In this document: piece after piece, positions 43,991 through 54,253 of the stretch
Layout: every line of letters starts with the position of its first letter
Position numbering within the stretch: the first letter of the stretch is position 1
DNA from: Nanobdellota archaeon
GTDB lineage: Archaea > Nanobdellota > Nanobdellia > Pacearchaeales > GW2011-AR1
NCBI GenBank assembly: GCA_018818285.1
Contig: JAHIRT010000032.1
Span: 1-63,152, forward strand
Length of the DNA stretch: 63,152 bases
Direction of reading: 5' to 3'
The notes under the pieces: model-generated
What the model saw: the letters and a program-made list of their open reading frames with translations, nothing else
Database searches by the model: none
Told to the model about the DNA's origin: nothing
Made by a program: the position numbers and the translations under genes

Positions 43991-45652
43991 TTATTTCCCC
44001 CATATTTCAGAGAGTCTTATTAATTCTTTTTCAGAAAGAATATATCCAGAACTTGTATCAAATGCTCTGAGATAATTATTGTTATCTAAAATCCCTTGAT
44101 TAGGAGAAACTTTAAAGATGATTGCAGTGGGAATTGTGTTATCTTTATCAAGATAGGGGGCATAAGCTTGAACTGGTTTGAAAATTTGCGAATTTGCGAA
44201 TACAAAATTTATAATATCATAGCTAAAGTTATTTCCAAGAGAATAATAAAATGACATAACAATATATTTTGGCTTGTGTATTTTCAATTTTTCCTGAATT
44301 GATTTTGAAGTTTCTTTATTTATATGGACAAAGTTTCTTTTGGAATAATATGTTACTTCTGCTTGCTCTTCTAAAATAAATATGATATCTTCGGGATTTG
44401 TATTCTGATTGATAAATTCTCCTGCTAACTTTGATTGAATGAAGGAATCTTTTCTTATTTTTATTATTTCATTTGCATGGGCTATGTTTTGAAATGCTCC
44501 AAATAATAAAATTCCTATTATGATTATTATAGACAATTCTTTTGAGTATTTCTTTAAAATTTTGTAAATATATTCAAAACCAACACCACATATTAAAAAA
44601 ATTGCTGGATAAAAGACAAAATAATATCTTTCATCTAAATAAGAAGTATCTGAACTAACTAATTTTGCAAAAAAAATCAAACTAAAAACAATCCAGAGAA
44701 TTAAGAAGTAATAATTATTTGTTTTGGTTTTTTTAATAGAGATTTGTTCTCTTAATAAAAAAATATTAGACATTAAGGAGAAAAGGCCAAAAAATAGGAT
44801 ATATTTAAAGAGGGAATAAATTTTATTTAATATAAACGGAACCTGCCTTATAAGGGATTTTAGGTTGTCTGATAAATCGTTTCTATGAGGATTCCCTGTT
44901 TCTGCTCCTGTTTTGTTAAATTGCATTGGATTTCCAAAATTCATGTATTGATAAATAAAAAAAGGCATTACAACTAATAATGAAACAATAAAAAAAGTGA
45001 TTATTTTTTTGTCTTTAAATATTTTAAATTTTTCTGTTGTAAGCAAATAAAATCCAAGAACAAGAACAAGAATTACAGAAGACTGCTTCATTAAAAAAGA
45101 TAGCCCAAGAAATATTCCTGGAAGAATAAAATGCTTCCAAGACTTGTCTTTAAAATAAGCATCAAAGAAAAAATAAATTGTGGCAAGCCAAAGCATTGTT
45201 ACAGGGACATCCACTAGTATTCTGTAAGAATAAAAATTAAAAGTCCAAAAAGTTGCTAGAATAAATGCTGAAATCAAAGCTACTCTTTTACTAAAAAATA
45301 ATTTTCCAATTCCATAAAGCAAGGGAATTGAAACAGTAGAGCATAATAAAATAAAGATTCTTGTTGAAACTTCTCCTAATCCAAAAAACATAAAAATAGA
45401 TATTATTGCTGAAAGCAAGACAGGTCTGACAGGACTTATTGTCCATTCAATACTTGTACCTGCCCAAACTCTTGCTATGTTCATGTAATCTGCTTCATCC
45501 CACCATAGTGGCTGATTTCCAAGTTTGAAAAACCAATAGAGTTTGTATATAATTAATAAACAAAAAATCAAAAAAAAAGTGAGATTATAATTATCCTTAA
45601 ACCAGTCTTTTATTTTAGTTTTTTTTTCCTTTATTAAATCTTTTTTAAACAT
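43991..45652 (-). CDS. ArnT/PMT-like GT-C membrane glycosyltransferase (paralog of 41362..42909)
   Basis: Has the same PLWWDEADYMNIAR loop and is collinear with the neighbouring paralog along its whole length. Confidence 0.75.
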   Translation of the reverse strand: MFKKDLIKEKKTKIKDWFKDNYNLTFFLIFCLLIIYKLYWFFKLGNQPLWWDEADYMNIARVWAGTSIEWTISPVRPVLLSAIISIFMFFGLGEVSTRIFILLCSTVSIPLLYGIGKLFFSKRVALISAFILATFWTFNFYSYRILVDVPVTMLWLATIYFFFDAYFKDKSWKHFILPGIFLGLSFLMKQSSVILVLVLGFYLLTTEKFKIFKDKKIITFFIVSLLVVMPFFIYQYMNFGNPMQFNKTGAETGNPHRNDLSDNLKSLIRQVPFILNKIYSLFKYILFFGLFSLMSNIFLLREQISIKKTKTNNYYFLILWIVFSLIFFAKLVSSDTSYLDERYYFVFYPAIFLICGVGFEYIYKILKKYSKELSIIIIIGILLFGAFQNIAHANEIIKIRKDSFIQSKLAGEFINQNTNPEDIIFILEEQAEVTYYSKRNFVHINKETSKSIQEKLKIHKPKYIVMSFYYSLGNNFSYDIINFVFANSQIFKPVQAYAPYLDKDNTIPTAIIFKVSPNQGILDNNNYLRAFDTSSGYILSEKELIRLSEIWGK

Positions 45653-45693
45653 AGTTAAGTTAAATAAAAAAGGTTTTTATTTGTTTTGTAAAT

Positions 45694-46572
45694 CTATTTT
45701 GTGCTTTCAACCCTCTTCCAGGCATCCTGATATTCTTTTTTTGTGATGAACTTGTAATTTGCAAGAATCCATGTGCAAAATCTGACAGGAAAAAGGAAAA
45801 ATAACCATAAGAATTCTTTTATTGATTTAGGAAAAAATAATATCTCATAAAAATTAAATACTTCATTTGAAAAAGATTTCATTTTTGGAAAATCGCCTGC
45901 ATAATGATAAAGTTTTTCATGGCTTTGCATTGCTCTTCTTCGCTGTTCTATTGTATCTTTTAAATTAGTTGGATATTTCACATAAACAATTGCTTTTTCT
46001 GCATATTTAATTTTGTAATTTTTTTTCCAAAATAATATTGGAATTATTGAATCTTCTGCTACATCTAATGGAAATCTTTTTATGATGTTATTTCTAAATG
46101 CCCAAAGATATCCAGAACATTCAAGGAAATTGTTTTGTTTGTCTCTTTTTTGCCTTAATTTATGAGCAGCATGAGTTAATATATGCGACCAGTAACCTAA
46201 TATATTTTGTTTTGAATTAATAGAAGCAGGCTGTCCAGAGACACAACCAACTTTTTTATCTTTAAATTTTTCTAAAATTTCACTAACAGAATTTCTTGAA
46301 ACAAAAACATCACCATCAGTTAAGATTACTATCTCTCCTTTTAATTTTGGCAAAAGCAAATTAAGAGCATAGCTTTTTCCTTTTCCAGGGTCTTGAAAGA
46401 TTTTTAATTGCTTGTGTTTTTCTGCATATTTTTTTGCAATATCAAGAGTTTCTTTATCAGGAGCAGAGACTATTAGCTCAAATTTTTCTGTTATATCTTG
46501 ATTTAGAAAAGATTCTATGGCTTTTACTATTGTTTTTGGTTCTTTGTAAGATGTTATTATTATTGAGAGCAT
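45694..46572 (-). CDS. family 2 glycosyltransferase
   Basis: LSIIITSYKEPKTI, TDGDV (DxD), a QRRRA-like motif. Confidence 0.82.
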   Translation of the reverse strand: MLSIIITSYKEPKTIVKAIESFLNQDITEKFELIVSAPDKETLDIAKKYAEKHKQLKIFQDPGKGKSYALNLLLPKLKGEIVILTDGDVFVSRNSVSEILEKFKDKKVGCVSGQPASINSKQNILGYWSHILTHAAHKLRQKRDKQNNFLECSGYLWAFRNNIIKRFPLDVAEDSIIPILFWKKNYKIKYAEKAIVYVKYPTNLKDTIEQRRRAMQSHEKLYHYAGDFPKMKSFSNEVFNFYEILFFPKSIKEFLWLFFLFPVRFCTWILANYKFITKKEYQDAWKRVESTK

Positions 46573-46573
46573 A

Positions 46574-48112
46574 TTAAACCTTATACCTCACTTTGTCATA
46601 CCAAACTTTAAAATTTAATGGAAGAGCTCTATAAAATGGCTTTATAATTTTCTCTCTTATATTGTCTGATATTCTAACAAAAAATAAAACAAAATAAGAT
46701 GGTAGAGGATTTTTTAAATTTCTCTTTACTCTTTCTGGAGAAAGCAGAAAATTGAGAAGAAAATTTGGCATTGTTCCAAATCTTTTTTCAGTTACACTTC
46801 CCCTCATTAAGTTTAGAATAAGATTAAGATAAATGTTTTTTTTCTTTAGTTTTATATGCTTTGCCCTGTCCCAATAATTTAACTGGGCAGCAGAATCTTT
46901 TTCTGTTTTTATTATGCCCTCATTTTTTGCCTTATTATAAAGTTTTGAGCCTGTAAAAAAAACAAGATTATTTACAGAAAGAAAATAAGGTTTTGGTAAT
47001 TTCTGCAAAAGATGAATTAGATTGATTATGTCTTCTGGTTTTTCATATGGATTGCAAGCTATTACATCATACATAACCGCAAGTTTATCCTTATATTCGT
47101 TTAATATTTCTCCTGCTCTTAAAACATCTGCATCTGTCTGGTTTCTATGATAAATCCGAAGATTTACTCTTTCACTTCCCTGGATTCCTATTATAATATC
47201 TGTGCAACCTGCATCAACTAATAGTTTTATTTTCTCATTATTTATTGTTCTTGGGTCTCCTAAACATTTAAATCTCATTCTTACTTTTTCTTTGTATAAT
47301 TTACAGAATTTTTTAATGTCTTCTATAGGTCTTAAGGAAAAAGTGTCATCTCTTATATCAAAATAACCTAAACTTGGAAATTTATTTTTCATGTAAAGAA
47401 TTCCTTTGATTATATATTCTGGAGAATGCCATCTCATTATTTTTTTTCTCTTTCCTTTGTAAAGTTCATTAAAAAAATTATTACTGCAATAATCACATCC
47501 ATAAGGACAGCCTCTTCCAGTAAGGAAAAAAATCTGGGCTCCTAAATCTTTTTCCTGAAATTTTCTTATTTTCTTATTTTCAAGAATAAAATGATTTTCA
47601 ATGTCATAATCTGGAAATGGAAGACTGTCAATATTATCTATTATATTTCCAACAGGGTTCTTTATTATTTTTTCATTTTTTTTAATCCACAAATTTTTAA
47701 TCTTATCTATTGTTTTGTTTTTTTCAATAGATTTTGCTAATTCAATCATTGCATTTTCCCCTTCTCCAACACAGACAATATCAGCATATTTTATGCATTC
47801 ATGAGGAGAAATAGTTGCATGAACCCCCCCATAAACAATTGGTGTTTCAGGAAAAAAGTTTTTTAAAAAAGAGATTATTTTATTTGCTCTATGAGATGTA
47901 GATGCATAGGCATTTATTCCTATTAAATCAGAATTCTTGCAGAACTTCATTAACTGCATTAATTCTGAATATGTGTAGTTTCTTGAATAGTCTTCACTTA
48001 AAGTCATAAACACTAATTTCACATTATGCCCTGCATTTTTCAAAACAGAGGAGATTGTTCTTATTCCTTGGTCTGAGGGATAGGTGCATGTTGATATTAA
48101 AACAATATTCAT
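46574..48112 (-). CDS. B12-binding-domain radical SAM protein
   Basis: N-terminal Rossmann-like cobalamin-binding module (IVLISTC...GHNVKLV...GGVHAT), then GRGCPYGCDYCS. Confidence 0.8.
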   Translation of the reverse strand: MNIVLISTCTYPSDQGIRTISSVLKNAGHNVKLVFMTLSEDYSRNYTYSELMQLMKFCKNSDLIGINAYASTSHRANKIISFLKNFFPETPIVYGGVHATISPHECIKYADIVCVGEGENAMIELAKSIEKNKTIDKIKNLWIKKNEKIIKNPVGNIIDNIDSLPFPDYDIENHFILENKKIRKFQEKDLGAQIFFLTGRGCPYGCDYCSNNFFNELYKGKRKKIMRWHSPEYIIKGILYMKNKFPSLGYFDIRDDTFSLRPIEDIKKFCKLYKEKVRMRFKCLGDPRTINNEKIKLLVDAGCTDIIIGIQGSERVNLRIYHRNQTDADVLRAGEILNEYKDKLAVMYDVIACNPYEKPEDIINLIHLLQKLPKPYFLSVNNLVFFTGSKLYNKAKNEGIIKTEKDSAAQLNYWDRAKHIKLKKKNIYLNLILNLMRGSVTEKRFGTMPNFLLNFLLSPERVKRNLKNPLPSYFVLFFVRISDNIREKIIKPFYRALPLNFKVWYDKVRYKV

Positions 48113-48314
48113 ATTTTGTTTAAAAATTGACTGCTTTTAAATATTTTCTCACATAAAATATCCACTTGTAAACATAAGTTTTTTAAATAGATATAGTTAA
48201 TAAAAAAAGAGGTGCAGTGCCTCAGAGCTGCTAATTCTGAGAGATTTAAAAAATGAAAGCAATGAAAACAGGAATTTTTCAAGCATTCATTTTTCAGGGA
48301 GACAAACATAAAAA

Positions 48315-50198
48315 ATGAAAGCAATAATATTAGCTGGTGGAAGAGGAAGCAGACTAAATGAGATTACAAAAGACAGAAACAAAAGCATGATAAAGTTATT
48401 TGAAAAACCCATAATAGAATACAACTTAGAGCAGGCTGTTGAACTGAATGTTAAAGAAATTGTGATTATTGTTGGTTATCGGGCTAATGAAATCATAAAG
48501 TATATTGGAAAAGAATACAAGGGAATAAAGGTAAGTTATGTTTTTCAGAAAAAACAAAGGGGGCTTGTTCATGCAATTGAGTGTGCAAAAAAAGCAATTG
48601 GAAATTCTGATTTTGCTTTAATGCTTTCTGATGAAATAGTGACAAACCCAGATATAAAAGGAATGTTAAAAAAATTCAGAGAAAAAGATTTGTTTGCTTT
48701 TTGTGGGGTTGTTTTTGAAGAAGACAAATCAAGCATTAGCAAAACTTATTCTGTAATGGTTAATAAGGAAGGGAGAGTTTTTCGGCTAATAGAAAAACCA
48801 AGATTTCCCATAAATAATATTAAAGGAACAGGGCATTGTATTCTGAAAAATGAAATTTTAGATTATATTGACAGAACTCCGATTAATGCAAATCGTGGAG
48901 AAAAAGAGCTTGTTGATATGATTCAGGCAGCAATTGATGAAGGTAAGAGAGTAGATATTTATAAACTTGGAGAGGATTATGTAAATGTAAATACTGAAGA
49001 GGATTTAAACTTGGCAAAAGAATTAATAAAGAAAAATAATCCAAAAGTTCTGATTGTGCATACACAAATGAAATTTTTTGGAGGAGCAGAACTGCTTATT
49101 GTTGAACTGGCAAACTGGCTGACAAAAAGAGGGATAAAAAATGATATTCTTGCATTATCAAAAAGCAAGGAAGTTGAAGACAAATTAATTAACACAGAAA
49201 TTATAATCCCAAAACATAAAATTGACTTGCAGCCTCCTGGTTTTAAAAATATAAAAGATATTTTTAAGGCAATAAAGGTTTTTAGGAAAAGTTTAAAAGA
49301 AATAGAAAAAAAATATGATATAATTAATTTTCATGATTTTCCTGTTACATGGAGTTTATGGCCAAGAAAAAAACCTTGTGTTTGGTTTATGAATCTTCCC
49401 CCAAATCTATATAGCAAACCTGATGCTGGATTTTTTTTAAAAACATTAAATAAAATGAGAATTTGGCTTGATAGATTTATTGTAAGAAATAGTGTTGATG
49501 TTATTACTGTTGCTGAAAAATTAAATCAAACAAGAGCAATGCAAAGATATGGTATGAAAGCAAGACTGATTGATTTTGGTGTTAATTATGATTTTTTTTC
49601 AAAAGGAAATGCCAACAAAGCTATTAACAAATGGGATTTAAAAGGTAAATTTATAGTTATCCAATCTGGACAGATAATCAATGTGAAGAACCAGCTTGAA
49701 AGTGTAAAAGCAATTAAAGAAATAAAAAATAAAATCCCAAATGTCTTGCTTATACTTGCTGGAAAAGAAGAAGTGGATTACAGAAAAAAAATTGATGAGT
49801 ATATTAAAAAAAATAAACTTGAAAAGCATATTTTATTTACTGGAAATCTTGTAAGAGAAGAGCTAAGGGATTTATATAAGACAAGTGATGTTGGATTATT
49901 CCCAATAGGAAGACAGGGGGGTGTTCTCGCACCATTTGAATTTTTATGTTCTGGAAATCCAATAATTGTTTCAGAAGATATTGAAACAGCATCGTTAATC
50001 AAAAAAAATAATTTAGGGATTGTCACAAAAGAATATGATAAAGCACTTTTAGGGGTTTATAAAAATAGAGAAAAATATAAGCAACAGGCAAAAAAAGCAG
50101 GATTTTTCATAAAGAAAAACTTGTCATGGGAAATTTTTTCTGATAAAATAATCAAGGTTTTCAAAGATGCCTTGAGAACATATAAAAAAGAGCTTTGA
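48315..50198 (+). CDS. fusion protein: sugar-phosphate nucleotidyltransferase (N) plus GT4 glycosyltransferase (C)
   Basis: The N-terminal part has MKAIILAGGRGSRL...K and the hexose-1-P NTase fold through about aa 240. The C-terminal part has FFGGAELLIVELANWL...LAGKEE...GGVLAPFEFLCSGNP (GT4). Confidence 0.78.
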   Translation: MKAIILAGGRGSRLNEITKDRNKSMIKLFEKPIIEYNLEQAVELNVKEIVIIVGYRANEIIKYIGKEYKGIKVSYVFQKKQRGLVHAIECAKKAIGNSDFALMLSDEIVTNPDIKGMLKKFREKDLFAFCGVVFEEDKSSISKTYSVMVNKEGRVFRLIEKPRFPINNIKGTGHCILKNEILDYIDRTPINANRGEKELVDMIQAAIDEGKRVDIYKLGEDYVNVNTEEDLNLAKELIKKNNPKVLIVHTQMKFFGGAELLIVELANWLTKRGIKNDILALSKSKEVEDKLINTEIIIPKHKIDLQPPGFKNIKDIFKAIKVFRKSLKEIEKKYDIINFHDFPVTWSLWPRKKPCVWFMNLPPNLYSKPDAGFFLKTLNKMRIWLDRFIVRNSVDVITVAEKLNQTRAMQRYGMKARLIDFGVNYDFFSKGNANKAINKWDLKGKFIVIQSGQIINVKNQLESVKAIKEIKNKIPNVLLILAGKEEVDYRKKIDEYIKKNKLEKHILFTGNLVREELRDLYKTSDVGLFPIGRQGGVLAPFEFLCSGNPIIVSEDIETASLIKKNNLGIVTKEYDKALLGVYKNREKYKQQAKKAGFFIKKNLSWEIFSDKIIKVFKDALRTYKKEL

Positions 50199-50203
50199 TC
50201 AAA

Positions 50204-51190
50204 TTAATTATTTCTTTCTATCAGAGTTTTTATGGGATGCTTTCTGAGATTTCTAACCATCTCACATAAAAGAAAACAATTTTCATAACATTTCATTGTT
50301 TTTATTTTATTAATGTAATTTTTTGGGATTGTAAATTTCTTTTTAATATTTCCTAAAGGCGTAATTCTTCCAACTAAATTCTCACAAGGATAAATATCCC
50401 CTGTGTAGTCAATATAAAGAGAGGTGGTTCCCGCATAACAAATATTAGATATTCTTTTATTGCTGTAGAATTTTTTAAAGAATAAAAAATAAGTATAATC
50501 AAAAAACCACCTGTTTCTTTGAGAATAAATTTTTTTCAATTGTTCTAATACAATTTTTTTTTGAAATTCTGTTAATTTTCTATTTTTTTCTGTATTTAAT
50601 CTTTCATATTCTATTTCTGGATTAAACAAAAGATTAAGATTGTGTTTTTTTGCAAAATCCCAGGCCCATAATAGCTGGTTGTAATTTTCTTTTGTTATAG
50701 TGTAAATAAGATTTATGTTTTGTTTTAATTTTTTAAGATTTTCAATTGTTTTAAGCAATTTTTTAAAATTTCCTTTTACTCCCCTTGTTTCGTCGTGAGT
50801 TTTTTCCATACCATTAAAGGAAAGGGTTATCAAAACATCTCTTGGCATATTTTTTACTTTTTTATAAATTGTCTCTGGGAGAAGGGCATTTGTTAAAATT
50901 GTTATGTGTAATTTTTGGTTTTTTTTCTTAAACACATTTATAATTTTGTCTATATCATTTCTCAGAAACGGCTCTCCTCCTGTTAAAACAAGAAATCTCG
51001 CTGATTTGAAAGTGGGCTCATTTGCCATTTTTTTAAAATCATTTATATTTAATTTATCTTTGCTATTATTTTTCCATATAGAACATGTCTTACATTTTGA
51101 GTTGCATCTCGGAGTCACAGAAAGGATAATTCTTCTTAATTTTTTTACTGGAAGGATATTTTCTAGGGCATATAAATAATCTGTTTTCAT
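50204..51190 (-). CDS. radical SAM protein with SPASM/twitch-like C-terminus
   Basis: CNSKCKTC, TGGEP, C-terminal CYAG...GDIYPCEN...CYENCFLLC. Confidence 0.8.
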   Translation of the reverse strand: MKTDYLYALENILPVKKLRRIILSVTPRCNSKCKTCSIWKNNSKDKLNINDFKKMANEPTFKSARFLVLTGGEPFLRNDIDKIINVFKKKNQKLHITILTNALLPETIYKKVKNMPRDVLITLSFNGMEKTHDETRGVKGNFKKLLKTIENLKKLKQNINLIYTITKENYNQLLWAWDFAKKHNLNLLFNPEIEYERLNTEKNRKLTEFQKKIVLEQLKKIYSQRNRWFFDYTYFLFFKKFYSNKRISNICYAGTTSLYIDYTGDIYPCENLVGRITPLGNIKKKFTIPKNYINKIKTMKCYENCFLLCEMVRNLRKHPIKTLIERNN

Positions 51191-52302
51191 TTTTTATAAG
51201 CAGGACATAACTTGCATTCTTCTGGACATTTATTATTTCTTATTGATTTTCTTAGAGCTTTGCATCTTGATGAATACCATATTTTTCTGAAATCTTGTTT
51301 TAATGTATTTCCTAAGGAAGTTGCTTTTTGCCATTCTCTTTGGTTTGCTTCATTTTGAGCACAGCAAGGTGTAATAGTTCCATCAACAAAAATAAAGGGC
51401 ATTATGTATTCCTTGCAATTTTTTATTGGGGGTTTATTTTCAAGTCCTTCTGCTTCTTGTTTTGCAGACATGTTTATTGTTATTGGTATTTTATAGGATT
51501 TTGCCTTGCTCTCAATTTTTTCCACATATTTTTTATCTATGCTCACAACATATTTTTTTGCTTGCTTAAATGAATGAAGCATTGGTGTAACAAGAATCTC
51601 TCCGATTTCTGTGTCAAGAGAATGAACAAAATCAATGAAATCAAGAAGTTCATCCTTGCTTTCAGAAGTTATAATATAATGAAAATTTAAAATAGGGAAT
51701 CTTTTTTTCATTTGTTTTTTTAATTTAACAAATGTTTTTATGTTTTTTTCTATAATATCATAATTACTTCCAACACAAACTTTTTCAAATGATTTTTTGC
51801 TTGCACCATAAGTTGAAACAAACTGAAAATCAGGGCCAATTTCAATTAATTCTTTGATTTGTTTATCTGATTTAAAATGTGCAAAATGATCCATAACTTC
51901 AATGATTGTTCCTCTTGATTTTGCATATTTCAGCATTTTATGAAAATCTGGATTTAGATAAGAAGAGCCAATTCCTGTTAAGCCAAGCCATTTTGGTTTT
52001 CCAAAAGAATCAAATATTTTTTTAAATTGTTCAAATGTCATGTTTTGTGATGGATGTTTCCAGTAGGTATGTTCACAACAAACACATCTAAAATTACAAA
52101 TTGTTGTTGGCTCTATTTCAAGAAAAGGGGGAAATAAATCAATGCCTAATTTTGGAAAAAATTTGTTTAAAAGAAATGCAGAAAACTTATGATTCCACCA
52201 TAAAGGATATACCCAAAACATATTATAGATTTCTCTAAATCTTTTGTCAAGAATATAATTTGAAAAAAGTTTCAGTTTGTGGGCGAAGGACATATTTGGC
52301 AT
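51187..52302 (-). CDS. radical SAM protein with Cys-rich C-terminus
   Basis: CNFRCVCC, C-terminal GTITPCCAQ...CPEECKLCP. It overlaps the downstream rSAM gene by 4 nt. Confidence 0.8.
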   Translation of the reverse strand: MPNMSFAHKLKLFSNYILDKRFREIYNMFWVYPLWWNHKFSAFLLNKFFPKLGIDLFPPFLEIEPTTICNFRCVCCEHTYWKHPSQNMTFEQFKKIFDSFGKPKWLGLTGIGSSYLNPDFHKMLKYAKSRGTIIEVMDHFAHFKSDKQIKELIEIGPDFQFVSTYGASKKSFEKVCVGSNYDIIEKNIKTFVKLKKQMKKRFPILNFHYIITSESKDELLDFIDFVHSLDTEIGEILVTPMLHSFKQAKKYVVSIDKKYVEKIESKAKSYKIPITINMSAKQEAEGLENKPPIKNCKEYIMPFIFVDGTITPCCAQNEANQREWQKATSLGNTLKQDFRKIWYSSRCKALRKSIRNNKCPEECKLCPAYKK

Positions 52303-52396
52303 TTTACAAAAAGAGAGAGATAGGTATTTAAAGATTATTGATTACTGCATAAAGCTTACTGGATAATTTTAAAAATGAGTTGTTTTTCTCTTAAAT

Positions 52397-53551
52397 ATGA
52401 AAATCATACAAATAAGTTCAGCATCATCTTCATTTTCTGTTAAGGATTATGGGGAAGATATTTTTAAGGTTTGGAGTGCAAAGGTTGGGTTTGAATTAAA
52501 GAAAGCTTATCCTAAACTTGATATTGAGTGCTGGACTCCTGAAAAAGAATGCAAACAAGAAAAAGAAATTATGAAAAATGGAATTAAATTCAAGATTTTT
52601 CCAACTGAGTTATCTTTGAGGCATGGAATGGAGATTTGTTTTGGAATGATAAGGGCATTAAAAAAAGAAATGAAAAAAGACAAAAATTTAATACTTCATT
52701 TTCATGAGTATCATTCATGGATTACATATTTGCTTTTATTTTTTGCTGGGAACAAAGTTAAGATTATATGTCAGCATCATGGAGGAAGAAGCCCTATGAA
52801 TAATCTGTTTAAATACAAAAAGCTTTTGATTTTTCTTCCAGCAATATTTTTAATGCAGTTTGCTGAAAATTTATTGTTTAAAAAAGTTGGTATTTTCTAT
52901 GCTCTTACTGATGAAGAAATAAATTATTTGAAAAAGAAAAATTCTGGGAAAATTAAATTTCAAACAATGGGAATTTCTGATGAATATTTTAAAAAACAGG
53001 AAAAAATTGAAATAAGGAAAAAATTAAATTTAGACAATAATAAAAAATACGGAATTTATCTTGGAAGGATAAAAACAACAAAAGGAATAAAAGAACTTTT
53101 AGATGCTGTAAAGGCATTGAAAGACAGGAATTTTGAACTGCTTTTAATTGGAGGGGGTGTTGATTCTGAAAAATACAAAGATTATGCAAACAAAAATAAA
53201 ATAGAAAATGCAAAATTTTTAGGAAATATTTATGGAAATAAAAAAAGAGATTATCTGTCTGCAGGAGATTTTTTAATTCTTCCAAGTTATACAGAAGGTG
53301 CTCCTGTTGTTTTGATGGAAGCAATTGCTGAAAATCTGCCTGTGATAGCAACAAATGTTGGGGGGATAAGAAAAATGATAGAAAATTATAGGGAAGGTAT
53401 AATAATTAACCCGCAGTCAAAAGAGGAAATAATAAATGCAATAAAGGAAATTTTGAAATGGAAAAATAAAAACATAAGAAAATATGCCGAAAAATACAGA
53501 TGGGAAAAAATAATAAAAAATACTATGGAGGATTATAATAAAAAATGTTAA
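52397..53551 (+). CDS. family 4 (GT-B) glycosyltransferase
   Basis: YLGRIKTTKG...IGGG...PSYTEGAPVVLMEAIA. Confidence 0.82.
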   Translation: MKIIQISSASSSFSVKDYGEDIFKVWSAKVGFELKKAYPKLDIECWTPEKECKQEKEIMKNGIKFKIFPTELSLRHGMEICFGMIRALKKEMKKDKNLILHFHEYHSWITYLLLFFAGNKVKIICQHHGGRSPMNNLFKYKKLLIFLPAIFLMQFAENLLFKKVGIFYALTDEEINYLKKKNSGKIKFQTMGISDEYFKKQEKIEIRKKLNLDNNKKYGIYLGRIKTTKGIKELLDAVKALKDRNFELLLIGGGVDSEKYKDYANKNKIENAKFLGNIYGNKKRDYLSAGDFLILPSYTEGAPVVLMEAIAENLPVIATNVGGIRKMIENYREGIIINPQSKEEIINAIKEILKWKNKNIRKYAEKYRWEKIIKNTMEDYNKKC

Positions 53552-54252
53552 TATCAATAATAATTCCTGCATATAATGAAGAAGATAGAATTATAAAAAC
53601 ATTAGAACAGATAGCAGATTATATTAATAAAAGGAAAAAATATAATTTTGAAATTATAATTGTTGATGATGGCTCAACTGACAGAACTTTGGAGATTGTT
53701 GAAAAATTTAAAGAATTAAAGATAAAGCTTCTTCAAAACAAAAAAAATATGGGGAAGGGTTTTTCTGTAAAAAAAGGGATTTTAGAAAGCAAAGGAGAGT
53801 TTGCTTTGTTTATGGATGCGGATTCCTCTACTTCTATAAATGAGCTTGATAAATTTCTGTCTTGTAAAGAAAAACAAGATATATTAATTGGCTCAAGGCA
53901 TTTAAAAGAAAACTCTATTTTAGTAAAACAAAGTATAATAAGAAGAATTGCAGGTTTTTTTGCACACAAATTAATCCATTTCATTATTGTTTCTGACATT
54001 AAAGACACTATGTGTGGATTTAAAATGTTTGATAAAAAATCAAAGATTTTATTTAAAAAACAGCTAAACTATAGGTGGGGTTTTGATTATGAGCTGCTTT
54101 ATTTAGCAGAAAAATTAGGATTTAAAATAAAAGAAATCCCTGTAATATGGAAAGATGATAAAAAAAGCAAAGTTACATTAGCTGGATATCTTACTGCATT
54201 AATAGAATTATTTAAAATAAGATTAAATGATTTTTTAGGAAAATACAATTAA
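53545..54252 (+). CDS. family 2 glycosyltransferase (dolichyl-phosphate glucosyltransferase-like)
   Basis: ISIIIPAYNEEDRI, VDDGSTDRT, MDADSST. Confidence 0.85.
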   Translation: MLISIIIPAYNEEDRIIKTLEQIADYINKRKKYNFEIIIVDDGSTDRTLEIVEKFKELKIKLLQNKKNMGKGFSVKKGILESKGEFALFMDADSSTSINELDKFLSCKEKQDILIGSRHLKENSILVKQSIIRRIAGFFAHKLIHFIIVSDIKDTMCGFKMFDKKSKILFKKQLNYRWGFDYELLYLAEKLGFKIKEIPVIWKDDKKSKVTLAGYLTALIELFKIRLNDFLGKYN

Positions 54253-54253
54253 A

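Noticed and set aside
48109-48324. 71-aa minus-strand ORF in the divergent promoter region
   Set aside because: It overlaps the starts of both flanking genes and has no recognisable features or RBS.
50199-52396. RiPP precursor peptide next to the radical-SAM pair with Cys-rich C-termini
   Set aside because: The intergenic spaces are only about 5 and 94 nt with no plausible short ORF. The only nearby mini-ORF (48250) is 2 kb away and attached to a different gene. The rSAM genes are operonic with glycosyltransferases.
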